From the NCBI RefSeq assembly GCF_018350175.1, contig NC_058368.1, positions 150,352,001-150,416,000 on the forward strand: 64,000 nt of DNA. Direction: 5' to 3'. Positions 34,391 through 46,745 of the stretch are shown piece by piece. A model generated the notes under the pieces. That model did not search any database and had not been told where the DNA came from. It was given only the letters and a program-made list of their open reading frames with translations. The position numbers were made by a program, and so were the translations under genes. Origin of the DNA: Felis catus (taxonomy: Eukaryota). Positions within the stretch are counted from its first letter, which is position 1. Each line of letters starts with the position of its first letter.

Positions 34391-35120
34391 ATGCTGCTAA
34401 AATTACACCAAGCTAATACTCCTTTCATAATGTCACATCTATCTTATCCCATACTTTAAAAAATGAAACCCTTGAGTTCAAAGACTATCATTTTACCTAA
34501 AATGTATATAGCAAATGTTCTGTTATATGTAATTAGTGTGCATTTTTACTTTTTTATGTATTAGCCTAATGATATATTTTCAAGTAAAATATGCCAGAAA
34601 AAAAGACATGAAGTCTCTAAAGGCAATCACACAAACCCATGGTTTACTCTCAGGCCACAGTGGAGTTTCAGTTAAGGCACTTGACTTGAATTTGCTTGTG
34701 GGTGAATTCTTTGTCTTCTCAAAGTCAATAGTAACTAAAGACTACATATTTTTTTCACTATTTGAGTATGTACATGGAACACACTGGAACAAAGTTATGT
34801 TTTGGTATTCAAGAATTAAACGTGCAAAACATTTCAGTCTAATGGGAAGATCCCACGCTTTCAATTTCTTCCAAATCGAATCCATAGCTATTCCGTAAGT
34901 CCACTTTCAATCTAATCTTTCATGCAATCCCATTCCTACATCTTACACTTTCAGCTAAAATAAATTATTTTATGGTTCTCATATATCAAGATTAATCAGG
35001 ACTCTTTGCTTGCAAGGGACAGGAAATTAAGAAAGCTTAGGCAAGAAAAGAAATGGGTTGGCTCATATAACTGAGAAGTATAGCAATTATCTGGACCTAC
35101 ACTCAACTTAATTTCCAGAC

Positions 35121-35123
<3 letters not shown>

Positions 35124-35167
<44 letters not shown>
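35124..35167. repeat. (TA)22 microsatellite
   Basis: Perfect TA run. Confidence 0.97.
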
Positions 35168-35171
<4 letters not shown>

Positions 35172-35227
35172 CAAATCACTCTGTCTACATATCTTTCTAT
35201 AAATCTCTATGTTGGTTTATCTGGAAA

Positions 35228-35672
35228 ACATGAGAAAATAAGGGTGTGAGATTTTACTCTGCTTATAAGCTAACAAGTTAACCTGCCTTGGTTACCTGAT
35301 ACTGACAGAAGACAAGATTCCTGAACCAAAGACAAGGGTCTTGACTACTCATGGCCCAGACATCAGCATAAACATCAGTATATTTCTGTGAATCCGCCTT
35401 GCCCCCAAAGACCACAGGGCTGACACAGACAAGCTCAAGGAGATGCCTCCACCAGCATGATACTTAAACCTTGAGGTTAAGGAATTTGAATCTTTTATAA
35501 TGGGCAGTAAACATTCTTCTTTTCCTTTGCTCAGGATCTCTATCCCTCTCTTGGCACTGCTGTTTACTAAGCAAACATATTTGAAAATATAGTCTCAAAT
35601 GAAAAGCAAACAGTATTTCGTCCACAGAATGTACAGAAACCTGAGAGACACATGGAGAATTATTTCCCAACA
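35228..35672 (-). mobile_element. LTR40-like ERVL solo LTR
   Basis: The minus strand starts TGTTGGGAAATAATTCTCCATGTGTCTCTCAGGTTTCTG, contains TTTACTGCCCATTATAAAAGATTC and ends GGCAGGTTAACTTGTTAGCTT..AGAGTAAAATCTCA. Confidence 0.8.
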
Positions 35673-36339
35673 GAAGGCTTTCCCCATTAGGTAGCAGAGA
35701 CTACCTGAGTAAGCTTGGCAGAAAGAAAAACTGTGCTTTATTTCAAAAGTCTTAGATAACGTGCTATCCCTGGACCACAGTAACTCTATGTGACCAAGCC
35801 TGAGCACTGAGGTCCTCTGTGGTTCTCCCTCAAAACACATAAATAAATATTAGGGTAATGTCAACAGAGGAAAGGCTATTGATGTGAAGCAAGCAAAATG
35901 CAGACAAGTTCTATATCATAAACCCTTTTCCCTGTCTGTATCTTTGCTCTCAATTTCCCCTTTGTTTCTGCATACTCCCTTCCTCCTTTATTTCTATGTG
36001 CCCCTATCTAAGACATCCTACAAAGCCACGCACAGGTGCACATTCCACCACATTCCAGACTACAACATTCCCTTGTAAGCTACAGAATTTTCTAGATTCA
36101 TTCACCATTTTTTCTTCCTCAACTGTGGCACTTTTTACTTCCTACTTTGCATTACAGTAAACTGTTTGTATGCCTTAAGCTTCCCATACAGACCTGGATC
36201 TCCTTCTGAGCAAAGTCATGTCTTTACCTATGTGTTCCGCCTATGGGTCAAAACATACTGCAGGTGCTTAATATATAAATACAGCATAAAGGGAAGAATA
36301 TTAGACTGAATTTAAATAATTTGTATCTTTGAACTAACA

Positions 36340-36557
36340 ATGATCAAACAATTAGCAGTCCAAGAAACCACAGACTTTGCTTCTCTTCCTATGTTTACCA
36401 CACTGGTTGGCTACCGTGAGCAAATCTATTAACCTCTCTAAGGCACAAATTCTCTCATTTGTACAAAGGTGAAAATATATACTCTTACTCATAGTGTTAA
36501 TGAGATAATCACATTAGGAAATGCACATGAAATGACATTAGAAATGTAAAGCACTCT
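36340..36557 (+). mobile_element. MIR, with a SINE inserted near its 3' end
   Basis: GTGAGCAAATCTATTAACCTCTCTAAGGCACAAATTCTCTCATTTGTACAAAGG...AAATGTAAAGCACT. Confidence 0.65.
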
Positions 36558-36558
36558 T

Positions 36559-36772
36559 GGGGCACATGGGTGGCTCAGTTGGTTACGTGTCCAACTTCAG
36601 CTCAGGTCATGATCTCACAGTTCATGGGTTCGAGCCCCACATCAGGCTCTGCACTGACAGCTCAGAGCTTGGAGCCTGCTTGGATTCTGTGTCTCCATCT
36701 CTCTCTGCCCCTTCCCCCTTCACACTCTGTCTCTTTCTCTATCAAAAATAAACATTAAAAAAAATTTTTTTA
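36559..36772 (+). mobile_element. CanSINE (felid SINEC)
   Basis: GGGGCACATGGGTGGCTCAG head; TSD AGAAATGTAAA(G/C)CACTCT (36540-36557 / 36773-36790). Confidence 0.95.
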
Positions 36773-37344
36773 AGAAATGTAAACCACTCTAATAATTAAT
36801 AAATTCCATTTTCAGATAACAAGTTAACCATTTCTGTTATATGAATTCGATGTGTTTAATATTCACAGACTAGTTATCATACAAAAGTAAATAGATGTAA
36901 TTTGAAAGATGCTTACAAAAATTCTGTCAGGACAAAAGTACAAATTCCTTGGTAATTCTAATTCCACCATCACCTTTTAATTTCTCTGACTTAATTTTTA
37001 AAATGCTTATCTCCAGAAGTCCTCATAAAGTATAAAGTTATCAATAGGGTTATTATCTTAGGGCATTATCTGTTGATACAACCTTATATTAGTTTTACTG
37101 GCTTAGAGGCAAAGAGATATATACAGGTAAATTTTGAAGGAAGAGAGACAAATCAGAAAGAAAGTAAAACCTTGGCATGAGTTTGCCTAGAAGATAACAG
37201 GAAAAGGAACATATTGCCAAGAAGGGGAACGCATGTAAGAACTATTGGAGATGTTGCCTAAACCTAAAATTCCTAATTCATAGCTTTGTTTTGGACTGGC
37301 CTTGTCAAACAGGTCAATTTTCTGTACATCTATATATTTTTTTA

Positions 37345-37580
37345 TTTTTTTTATTTATTATTTTTTAATTTTTTTTTCAACGTTTATTTATTTTTGGGAC
37401 AGAGAGAGACAGAGCATGAACGGGGGAGGGGCAGAGAGAGAGGGAGACACACAATCGGAAACAGGCTCCAGGCTCTGAGCCATCAGCCCAGAGCCTGACG
37501 CGGGACTCGAACTCACGGACTGCGAGATCGTGACCTGGCTGAAGTCCGACGCTTAACCGACTGCGCCACCCAGGCGCCCC
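37345..37580 (-). mobile_element. young felid CanSINE (SINEC_Fc-type)
   Basis: Near-consensus, CpG-rich, long T-rich tail; TSD TATTTTTTTA. Confidence 0.97.
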
Positions 37581-38999
37581 TATTTTTTTAATTCACAATA
37601 TTTTGTTTCAAATTTGAACAGGAAAACAAAGTGGAGCCAAATAATTCATTTGTTCACATAATATTCTCCCTTTACAGGAGGAATTCCATGACTTTTTGAG
37701 TTTTCTTTCTCCTATACTGTCAGTTGGTTGGAAAGGCATATTTTTTCCTAAAATTTTTCCTAGGATTTTTTCCTAGAAGTTTTGGTTGAAATTTTGAATT
37801 GAATCTGCAAATACTCAAGTGTTGAAAATTACTTCTACCAAAGCTGTATGGTTCTTCCATCTGTCAGAGAAATTAGTGTATTTCCATAAACTGCCTTCCT
37901 AATTAATAATGAGCAAATGCCCAAGGAGTAAAATCATGACAACGTGATACAGAAATGTTTTCAGTTCCTTAAAAAATGCCAGAAGAACACAGTTACAAAA
38001 AGAAAAAGACGTGGACTCTAATACAGAAACCCCAAAGCAACTACATTTTTCCCAAAGAGTTGGGAACTGCATGGAAACAGTTCCAAACTATTTTCTCAGA
38101 AAGAAGCAGAAATGAAAATGTGAGACAGGCGTACTTCTAAGGTCCACAATGAATTCCAGGCATTCAATAGAGCACCATGATTTCCAGCATCAAAAGCTAT
38201 AGCAGGGATCAAGAAAAATTAAAATTCTTTGTCAGAAAGAATCCACCTGCCCCCCTGCTCCTTTATTCCAGTGATCTCCTAGGCCCGATGTAAGGTCTGT
38301 GTTGTGACTGAAATGCTTTTAACGAATGCATTATCAGGAAGATGAATGAGACAATGCTTACTACACTGTAGCCTGTAGATTTGAGACCCCTTGCCACAGC
38401 CGGCAGATTTCAGATTTCAGAGAACATTACAGGAACATATCACAAGAATCAAAATTAAAAAGTTAAGTGACTTCCTTGCATTCAACAGATGAGGCACACC
38501 TCTGCATTAACTGTGCTGCAACTTTCAGCTCCCTTCCCTGCTTGCCAAGATCAGAGGCAAAACCTGGATGGACTCTTTAAAGGTTTAATTTTCTTTTTCT
38601 TTTCAAAATTCTCATATAAATATTCCTTAATAAAATGCTGTGGTGTGAAATAAAAGCACCCTGAGTGCTTTTCAAAAGCTCTCAAATGTTGTTCATATCT
38701 GTGCAAAGTTTTAGATATCTTTATAGTAATCCTTCAAGGAAAAGTACTTAATGCCACGTGTACGTGGATGAAATGTAAGGGTCTAGGTTATTCATTAAAA
38801 ATTATTATGCTTAGATTTAAAAGTTGAGCACCTCCTATATGTTGAGGCTTCTGGAAGCAGCAGTTTTGAGCGTTCTATTAGCTCCTTCAGATCCCTGCAA
38901 ACCAGAGAAAGTACATACCTCTCACATTATTATACTATGTGACTCTTGCTAGTTCTTATTATTCAAATGCGAGGAAGTATCTGCATTTAAAAATGATAT

Positions 39000-39139
39000 A
39001 TTTTTATTTTATTTTTTATTTTTATTTTATTTTTTATTTTAGAGATACAAAGCATGCACACAAGCAGAGGAGTGGGGCAGAGGAGGAGAGAGAGAGAAAA
39101 GGAGAGGGAGAGGGAGAGAGAGAGAGAGGGAGAGAGAGA

Positions 39140-39180
<41 letters not shown>

Positions 39181-39308
39181 TGAATCTTAAGCAGGATCCA
39201 TGCTCAGTTCAAAGCCCAACACGGAGCTGGATCCCATGACCTCGGGATCATGACTTGCGCTGAAATCAAGAGTCAGATGCTCAACCGAATGAGCCACACA
39301 GGTGCCCC
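39000..39308 (-). mobile_element. CanSINE with expanded (GA)n and (TTTTA)n tail
   Basis: Ends GAGCCACACAGGTGCCCC; a purine tract of about 95 bp spans 39080-39175. Confidence 0.92.
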
Positions 39309-40141
39309 AAAATTAGGTTTTAAACATACATTTAAATAGACCTATGTGTACACATACATAAATTCTAAACAATGTTGTTTTAATGGATACACGAGAAATA
39401 ATCAAAATAACAAGCACAAACAAAAAAAGTCCAGCCTAGGTAAAATGCATCCCAATCTAATTTTCTGCAGAGGAAAATTTCCTAGCATCAGAAGTAAAGC
39501 TTTTATGATACATTCTATTCTTGGGAATTTGTGCCAAGAAGACAACCTTATCCAGAGTCTGAATCGTAACAACTCTTAAATTAAATTAGGATAAAAATTC
39601 AATAGTTCACCTGAAGACAATACTGGCTTTTAATCAATGGCAAAAATCATTAAAATGTTCAGCAGAAGAAAAGCTTAGGTAAATGCAAAAAAAAAATTTT
39701 TAAATACTAAAAATTCTATTTCCAAGGACTCACAATAAAAGACACAATGAAAGGTTTAGATAGAGAATAACACTCCCGAGTACACAAATGAGAATCAATA
39801 GACACTCTAGGTAAGAAACAACAACACAGAAGTAGGAACTATTCAAGAGATGTGTTCAGTTTTCTTAATTAAATAAGAATAATACATACACCTATTGATA
39901 TTTCTCCCACAAATCTCAGGATTGCTACTTTCTATATTAAATTCATAAACAGGATTAAAATTTACAAATTCCAAATACACTTATCATATTAACAATTAGT
40001 GGTATTTTCAAGAAAAGAAGAGTAATTTTAAACTGAGTGCTTAAAGACATAATTCTCTTATTCCTCAGAATCGGAAAATAAAAAGAACTTTGTAGATAAA
40101 TGATCAAGCAATAATATATGTTGCAACTTTACAATACTGCG

Positions 40142-40144
<3 letters not shown>

Positions 40145-40188
<44 letters not shown>
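40145..40188. repeat. (TA)22 microsatellite
   Basis: Perfect TA run. Confidence 0.97.
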
Positions 40189-40191
<3 letters not shown>

Positions 40192-42326
40192 TCATTCTCG
40201 TTCTACAATTAAATTAGGTTCAAACAAGTTCCTGCTATGTCAATTTTATATCTGGAAAATATGAAGCAGAGAGCCATACAATGTCTTTCCTGCCCCCAGA
40301 TAAAAGATAAAAGAGGTGATCTCTTTCGAAGAACATTGTATTCACTCAGCTACATGTAGTGTTTATTGCACCTATAGATTAGCAGGAAGAGGAGGGGTAA
40401 AAATAGATGAAACAAATTAAATGAAAATATAATAGACCAAAAGGGCTGATTTCAAGCACCTGAATTATGTATACAGATGCAAATAGGTTTAATTTTACTA
40501 AAAATCATGTGAAAAACTAAGGAAAAAAACTGAGGACAAAAGACTTTTAACCACTGGTATTAAATATGGCAGATAATGGTAGAATCTATCAGAGAAGAAA
40601 TAAGAAACCAGAACACAAACAACTTTCTAATTAAGCCATAAAGTACAAACTTATACAAAGTTAGGAATGAAAGAAATTGTATTTTCTAGATGGTAAGTTT
40701 TGGGGGGTTAAAGGTTAGGGCAACTGTTTGTGAACTTAACACAAGTCTTGTGTAATGGAAGTAGGAGAATCTTTTATTATAGCATACTACGATGGACAGA
40801 ATTTTAAAACCTACCATCCTAACAAATCCTAATGAAGCTAAATACAAGAAAAGGCAAATCACATACCACAGCATGAAGTTAAAGAAAGAAGTCTAAGATG
40901 ATTATTTATGTTCCCATGATAATAGAATGATGAAAAGCTTGTTCTTAGGGTTAGTCCTTGTTAAAAATACAGATATGAAGGGAGAATAGCTAGTTCCTCC
41001 CATTCTCCCCACATCAAAACAATTCTGGTATACTTTAGACACTAAAAGTTATATAATGCTAATAGCTTGAATCATTACCTTTCCCAGAGGTATTTACATC
41101 TCAAGATGTATCAAAGTGTTATGCAAATGAACTGTCACTATTTAGTGGGTAGGAAAAGATTTGGGGCAAAGGATAATGGGCTTCCCAAGGATCCCAGAAT
41201 TCATTCAGAAAGACACTTGGTCTCAAACTTGCCCAGTATGGAAAGTGAATTTAAACTCCTGGTGGCCTCCAACTGTAACCCAAAGTGACCTATCATCCAG
41301 TTAACATTTTCTGAATATCTCAACACTTTAGCATAAAATATCATATGAATTTTGGACCTTACCTTACTGGATACATATTTGTTTTAAAATAAAAATGATG
41401 AGTTCCCCGATCTGGAGTAAAATTGGCACTCAAGAATGATTCAAAAAAAAAAACCACAAAGTCATGTTTGTAATTTTGAGTAGCCCCTATCCAATCCATT
41501 CTATCCTGGCATGCTGACACATGTAATATTTGTCTCAGAATAAGAAGAATGAATATGCTTTTTTTTAATAACCTGGTAAGATAGACAGAAACATATTATC
41601 TATATGAATCAGTCCGCACCATAACAGAACAAACAGGCATGATACCTAGAAACCACTTTTTATGTTTTTTTTTAAATGAACTGTAGCCATGTGTACTGGG
41701 TATGTTTTACCTGAATCAAGATAGACCCTTGGAAAATATACTGGTCTGTTCTGTTCTAAGATGAGCCAATAATTGTGAACAAATATGACCACCAATAGTC
41801 TCTCCAAAGCAACAGAACTGACCAAAATAAAAAGTCACTTGAGATAATTCAGCCTCAAAAAATCCAAACAATATATTTGTGTGGTGGATGAGCTCAATTA
41901 TCATTGCCCAAACTATCTCTATGGAAATACAAATTAAGAGTTTTAGAGGCAAAAAAAAAAAAAAAAAAGGCAGGGTGGGGGTGGAGAATGTATAAGGCCA
42001 TAGAATTGGATTTTGCCAGAAAAAAACAAAAGACTGTCATGTCAGTTAATATTTTTTCTTTGGATTTTCACTGAGTTTTATTTTTAAGGCACATATGATA
42101 GAAAAAACAAGAAAAGTACCCAAATAGCAGATTACCCTGCAAAAAGATCAAAGCCTGAGCACTAGCTTCTCAATAATAAAATTCCACACTCATCCTGTAA
42201 GATCACATTGAAATGTTTACCTATAGAAAAGCCAACTTCTTACAAGGAGAAAAACAAAGGAAATTCTAAATTATAACAGGAGTTGGTATGATATGAAGCA
42301 GTCATGATCACATCCATTGGAGTATT

Positions 42327-42813
42327 GATGCAAAATGAACAAACCTTTTTTTAAAAATTTGAAAGAGAAAGGAAAAGGGTTTTATGCCAGCCAAAGTTAG
42401 GACAGCTGCCCAGGATACACAATTTTCACAAAGAAGAGAGTACCTCAGGGAAGGAATATTTGCTGCAGGGTCGTAGATGTTTTTTACATAAAGAGTTACA
42501 AATCATCATGACAAAGGACATTCCATAAAGTTACAGACTTTATCTTATGTTGTTAGTATGTGCAATCTATATGACTTTTTAGTCTTACGGCAACCAGCGA
42601 GGTTTCTTTTTCTTCTTATCTTTATGTTCAGAATGCTTTTTATTTCTCTTTTTGCTTTTGTTTTTTGTTTGTTTTTTTTTTTTTAATGAAGAAAATGTAC
42701 AGTGTATGCTCAAGGCAGACATAGAGCCCATGCTTTGAGGTTTTGCTGAGTCATTCTGACCTTGGTAAATGTTCAAGTATGGCTTCCCAGAGAGCTCAGG
42801 AGCAGAGCCCACA
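42327..42813 (-). mobile_element. probable ERV1-class solo LTR
   Basis: Bounded by TG...CA (TGATGCAAAATGAACAAAC ... AGAGCCCACA). The blocks GGACAGCTGCCCAGGATACAC and GGTTTTGCTGAGTCATTCTGACCTTGG resemble antisense MER-class ERV1 LTRs. Confidence 0.5.
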
Positions 42814-42993
42814 AATATTAAAGGTTGAAAATTTCCTTTACGAGAGCTGATATAAAATAAATGTCCAGATGCTAATGCACTTGCACTGTAACATCAGCAT
42901 ATCCAAGGTATTTAAAAAGCATCAAGCCAGTGGTGATTTTAGTTCCTCTTGTCTTTTTTCACTCTTGGATAAGATAATATTAAAATTACATTT

Positions 42994-43905
42994 TCTGACA
43001 TATCCAAAAAAGGGCTAGTATCCAAAATATATAAAGAACCTATACAATTCAACAGCCAAAAATCAAATAATCCAATTTAAAAAATAGGCAAAAGACACAG
43101 ACATTGCTCCAAAGACATACAGGTGGCCAACAGACAATAAAAAGATTCTCAACATCAGTTATCAGGGAAATGCAAATAAGAACCACAATGAGATGTCACC
43201 TCACACCTGTCAGAATGGCTAAAATCAAAAACACAAGAAAAAACAGGTATTGGTGAGGATATGGAGAAAAAGGAACCTTCATGTACTGTTGGTAGGAATG
43301 CAAACTGGTGTGGCCACTCTGGAAAACAGTGTGGAGTTTCCTCAAAAGTTAAAAATAGACTACCTTACGATCCAGCAATCACATTATTGGTATTTACTCA
43401 AAGAATACAAAACACTAATTCAAAGGGATACATGCACCTCTATATGTTTATAACAGCATTATTTACAATAGCCAAAATATGGAAGCAGCCCAAGTGTCCC
43501 TCAACTGATGAATGGATAAAGAAGATGTGGAATATTATTTAGCCATAAAAAGAATGAAATCTTGCCATTTGCAATGACATGGATGGGGCTAGAGTATAAT
43601 ATGAAGCTAAATAAGTCAGACAGAGGAAGACAAATACCATATGATTTCACTCATATGTGGAATTTAAGAAACAAAACAAACAAGCAAAGGAAAAAAAAAT
43701 GAAAGAGAGAGAGTCAATGCAAGAAATAAACTTTTAATTACAGAGAATAATCTGGTGGTTACCAGAGGGGAAGGAGTTGGGAGGATAGGTTAAAATAGGT
43801 GATGGAAATCAAGGAATGCACTTGCGATGAGCACCAAGGGATGTGTGGAACTTCTGAGTTACTATATCATACACCTGAAACTAATATAATACTGTGTATG
43901 TTACA
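42994..43905 (+). mobile_element. 5'-truncated carnivore L1 (ORF2 C-terminus plus 3' UTR)
   Basis: ORF 43261-43542 contains LPYDPAITLL...MFITALFTIAKIWKQPKCPSTDEWIKKMW, the ORF2p C-terminus; the 3' UTR has GGTTACCAGAGGGGA and GATGAGCACC..GATGTGTGGAA. Confidence 0.95.
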
Positions 43906-44324
43906 TTTCCAAGAGAAAGCAAAAACTAAGAAAGTAAAAACTAAAAATAAGTTCCCACTACCTGTCAAAAACAATCATATACCTCCATAATTATAAACTT
44001 GTCCTATAACAACACTATCACCATTCTTATGATGAGCTTTAGAGAGGTCAAATAATTTACCTAGCTTGATCAGCAAGCAAGTGGCTGAGTCAGAAGTTGA
44101 AATGAACTTAAAACATGAAAGATTTTAATTCCACTTCACAAGCCATTGCCCATCTCTGACTCAATGCTGCCTCTCAAAAAAAGGAAACTTATGAATTCCT
44201 CCACTGGGGAGAAGCTGTTGTTTTCTACCCAAAGAGTGGCAAATTTATCTGAAATTTATCTTCAATTCCAACTGATTTGTGGCTCAGTCACAAGAACAGC
44301 AGACAGATTATGGCAGGCCATTGG

Positions 44325-44507
44325 AGTTCTCTAAAGCAATTGCTAAGGGTTAACATTCATTAAAATTACATACAGTGTCTGTTTAACATACATACCCTTA
44401 GACCCTAACTCAGATCTACGATAAGCAATTTCTTGTAGTGGGTACAGGCAGGTGCATTTTTATCAAAACTTCAGTGAAGCTTTACACATTATAAAAACCC
44501 TTGCCCT
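44325..44507. mobile_element. possible MER5-like hAT-Charlie MITE
   Basis: About 180 bp with ATTCATTAAAATTAC...AGACCCTAACTCAGATCTAC..AATTTCTTGTAGTGGG...TGCATTTTTATCAA; heavily diverged. Confidence 0.4.
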
Positions 44508-44647
44508 AACCAGAAGAAATAGCCCAATCCCAAATCAATCCCGACTGGTTAATCCTAAATGGGAAGCTGACAATATTCTGAGATAGGCTCAGAGCCAGAC
44601 CCCAATCACTTCAAGCAGTTAAACTCTGTTTAAAGAAGTATGTTCCA

Positions 44648-44827
44648 GGGGTGTGTGGGTGGCTCAGTTGGTTAAGCATCTGACTTGATTTCGGCTCAAG
44701 TCATGGGATCAAGTCCAGTGTCAGGCTCCATGTTGACATCATAGAACCTGCTTGTGATTCTCTCTCTCCCTCTTTCTGCCCCTCACCTGCTCACTCTTCT
44801 CTCTCTCAAAAAATAAATAAATAAACT
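44648..44827 (+). mobile_element. CanSINE
   Basis: GGGGTGTGTGGGTGGCTCAGTTGGTTAAG head, (CT)n, AATAAATAAATAAA tail. Confidence 0.93.
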
Positions 44828-44884
44828 GAAGAAGAAGAAGAAGAAGAAGAAGAAGAAGAAGAAGAAGAAGCAGCAGCAGCAGCA
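44828..44884 (+). repeat. (GAA)14(GCA)5 compound trinucleotide repeat
   Basis: Counted directly from the sequence. Confidence 0.95.
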
Positions 44885-45153
44885 TGTTCTAGGAGTTAAC
44901 TGTCCTCTGGAAAAAAAGAATCAGCGATAACATGGCTTTCCAGTTCCCTTCAGACTGAAACTAATTCAGAAATGTTTAATCACAGAATTAAAACATCAAG
45001 TCATAAAAGGCTTTGTAAAATCATCAGGTAAACCTATTGGTACAGTCCTACACTTAATGAACTATGAATATACAAACAAAATAACACATAACTAACCAGA
45101 TGAACAAAGAGTAACTTCTTTGCAAACTACAAAACAATTTTTTCAAAAGGTGT

Positions 45154-45360
45154 GGGGGGCCTGGGTGGCTCCGTCGGTTAAAATCCAACTCTTGGTTTTG
45201 GCTCAGGTCATGATCTCATGGGTCATGGGATTGACACTTCTTGGGATTCTCTCTCCCTCTCTCTCTGCCCCTCCCCCGCTTGTTCGTTCTCTCTCTCTCC
45301 CTCCCTCCCTCTCCTTTTCTCCCTCCCTCCCTCTCTTTCTCTCTTCCTCTCAAAGTAAAC
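45154..45360 (+). mobile_element. CanSINE with internal deletion and expanded pyrimidine tract
   Basis: GGGGGGCCTGGGTGGCTCCGTCGGTTAA head; the middle segment is missing at ~45230; long CT/CCCT tract. Confidence 0.9.
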
Positions 45361-46529
45361 TTTTTAAAAGTGCGAGCTCCTTGGGATATTCTAATCAAAT
45401 AAAATCAGAAGCTTTTGTGATGTCAGATAATTTCTCAAGTATATTATAATGAGAATATAAAATTTAAAATACATTCTGAGCAATATAGAATCTCATTTTT
45501 TTATGATATCAGTATAGAAATGTCAGGACAAAAACTTAAGAACTCTGCTACAAGCCAAAGAAGGCACATCCACAAACCATCCTCTACCAGAAGAACTCCA
45601 TGAGAGATGGGCAGCTTCAAAAAAAGATCTTAACATGGCCCCCAGCGTTTCTGCCTTGAAAACCACATTCTGCCACACACATGCCCACTAGGATCCTGTT
45701 AACCTAACGGAATGGTGATGGGTAATACAAACTATGAAGAAAGAGAGAGGGATCTGGGTCTTTCTCTTTTCTCTTCTACTCTGCCAGGTACAAACTTTGC
45801 TTCTTTGAACAGATCACTCAATTTGGCAAGACCTTGGTAATAATAGGAAACATACATGGAACTATTTACAGAGTATGAAGTAACGTATTTGATTTATTTA
45901 ACCCTAAATGATCGGACTAGAAAGACTATGTTAATCATATAAACACCTTTGAGAAAACATACATAAAAAAAGCAGAAGGGAAAGTGATGTTTTTTTAAAT
46001 AAAAAGACCTTTAAAGATATATGTAAAAAATAAAGATTGAGTAATACTATAAGTACAGTGTTTAATCAACGAACATCCAAAACACATTGCTAAGTATGCA
46101 ATATTATAAGTAACATACATTCCTTTAATGTTTTACAAATTATCAAATATAATACTATCAGTAAAGTTATAGACATGTGCTATTTTATTTTGAATAATCT
46201 TATTTGCTCGTGTACACTCTATTCCTAAAAGATTTGAATAAGTAATTGGTATGCACTTTTTAAAATTTTAATTGTTTGAAAGACAATGAACAATAATTAA
46301 AACTGCAAATTAAGAAAACAGGAAATGTATGAAATTTCTGAAATATTATTTTAAAAGACAGTCCAGAAACGTAAAATTTCCAGGTCTTAAAATGCCAACA
46401 TATATGCCCTGGGACCAGTTACAAAATTTTGTGTTCATATATACAGTATCATTTACAAACCTACCTTTCTCCCAACTGAGAGAGAGATAAGGGGTAGCCT
46501 AAAGCAGGCTTCTAGCATCTTAATAAAGA

Positions 46530-46745
46530 CCAATACTTTATGGAGGTGGGAACTGTCTAAGCCCTTTGGATGCATTAATTGTTTCATCCTCTAAATAATT
46601 TTAAAAGGCAAGTACCATGTTATCCCCATTTTACAGATAAAGAATCAAAGAATAAGGGGGCTAAGTACCTTGCCCAAAGTCAGACAAATATGAAATGAGA
46701 AAGCTAAAACATAAATACAACTTATTCTGTCTTTGCCCTCTTAAT
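46530..46745 (-). mobile_element. MIR
   Basis: TTATCCCCATTTTACAGATAAAGAATCAAAG...CTAAGTACCTTGCCCAAAGTCAGACA. Confidence 0.8.

Larger units (their letters stand above)
34985..35920 (-). mobile_element. MLT1 (K/L-like) MaLR LTR, split by LTR40 and a (TA)n tract
   Basis: TCAGGACTCTTTGCTTGCAAGGGACAG...GCTTAGGCAAGAAAAG..TTGGCTCATATAACTGAGAAGT; it resumes after 35672 with GGCTTTCCCCATTAGGTAGCAGAGA. Confidence 0.6.

Noticed and set aside
38754..38767. Near-palindrome CCACGTGTACGTGG (E-box plus HRE-like site)
   Set aside because: A single short motif with no supporting context.
43250..43542. ORFs with real protein similarity
   Set aside because: Frameshifted L1 ORF2p C-terminal remnants, not a host gene.
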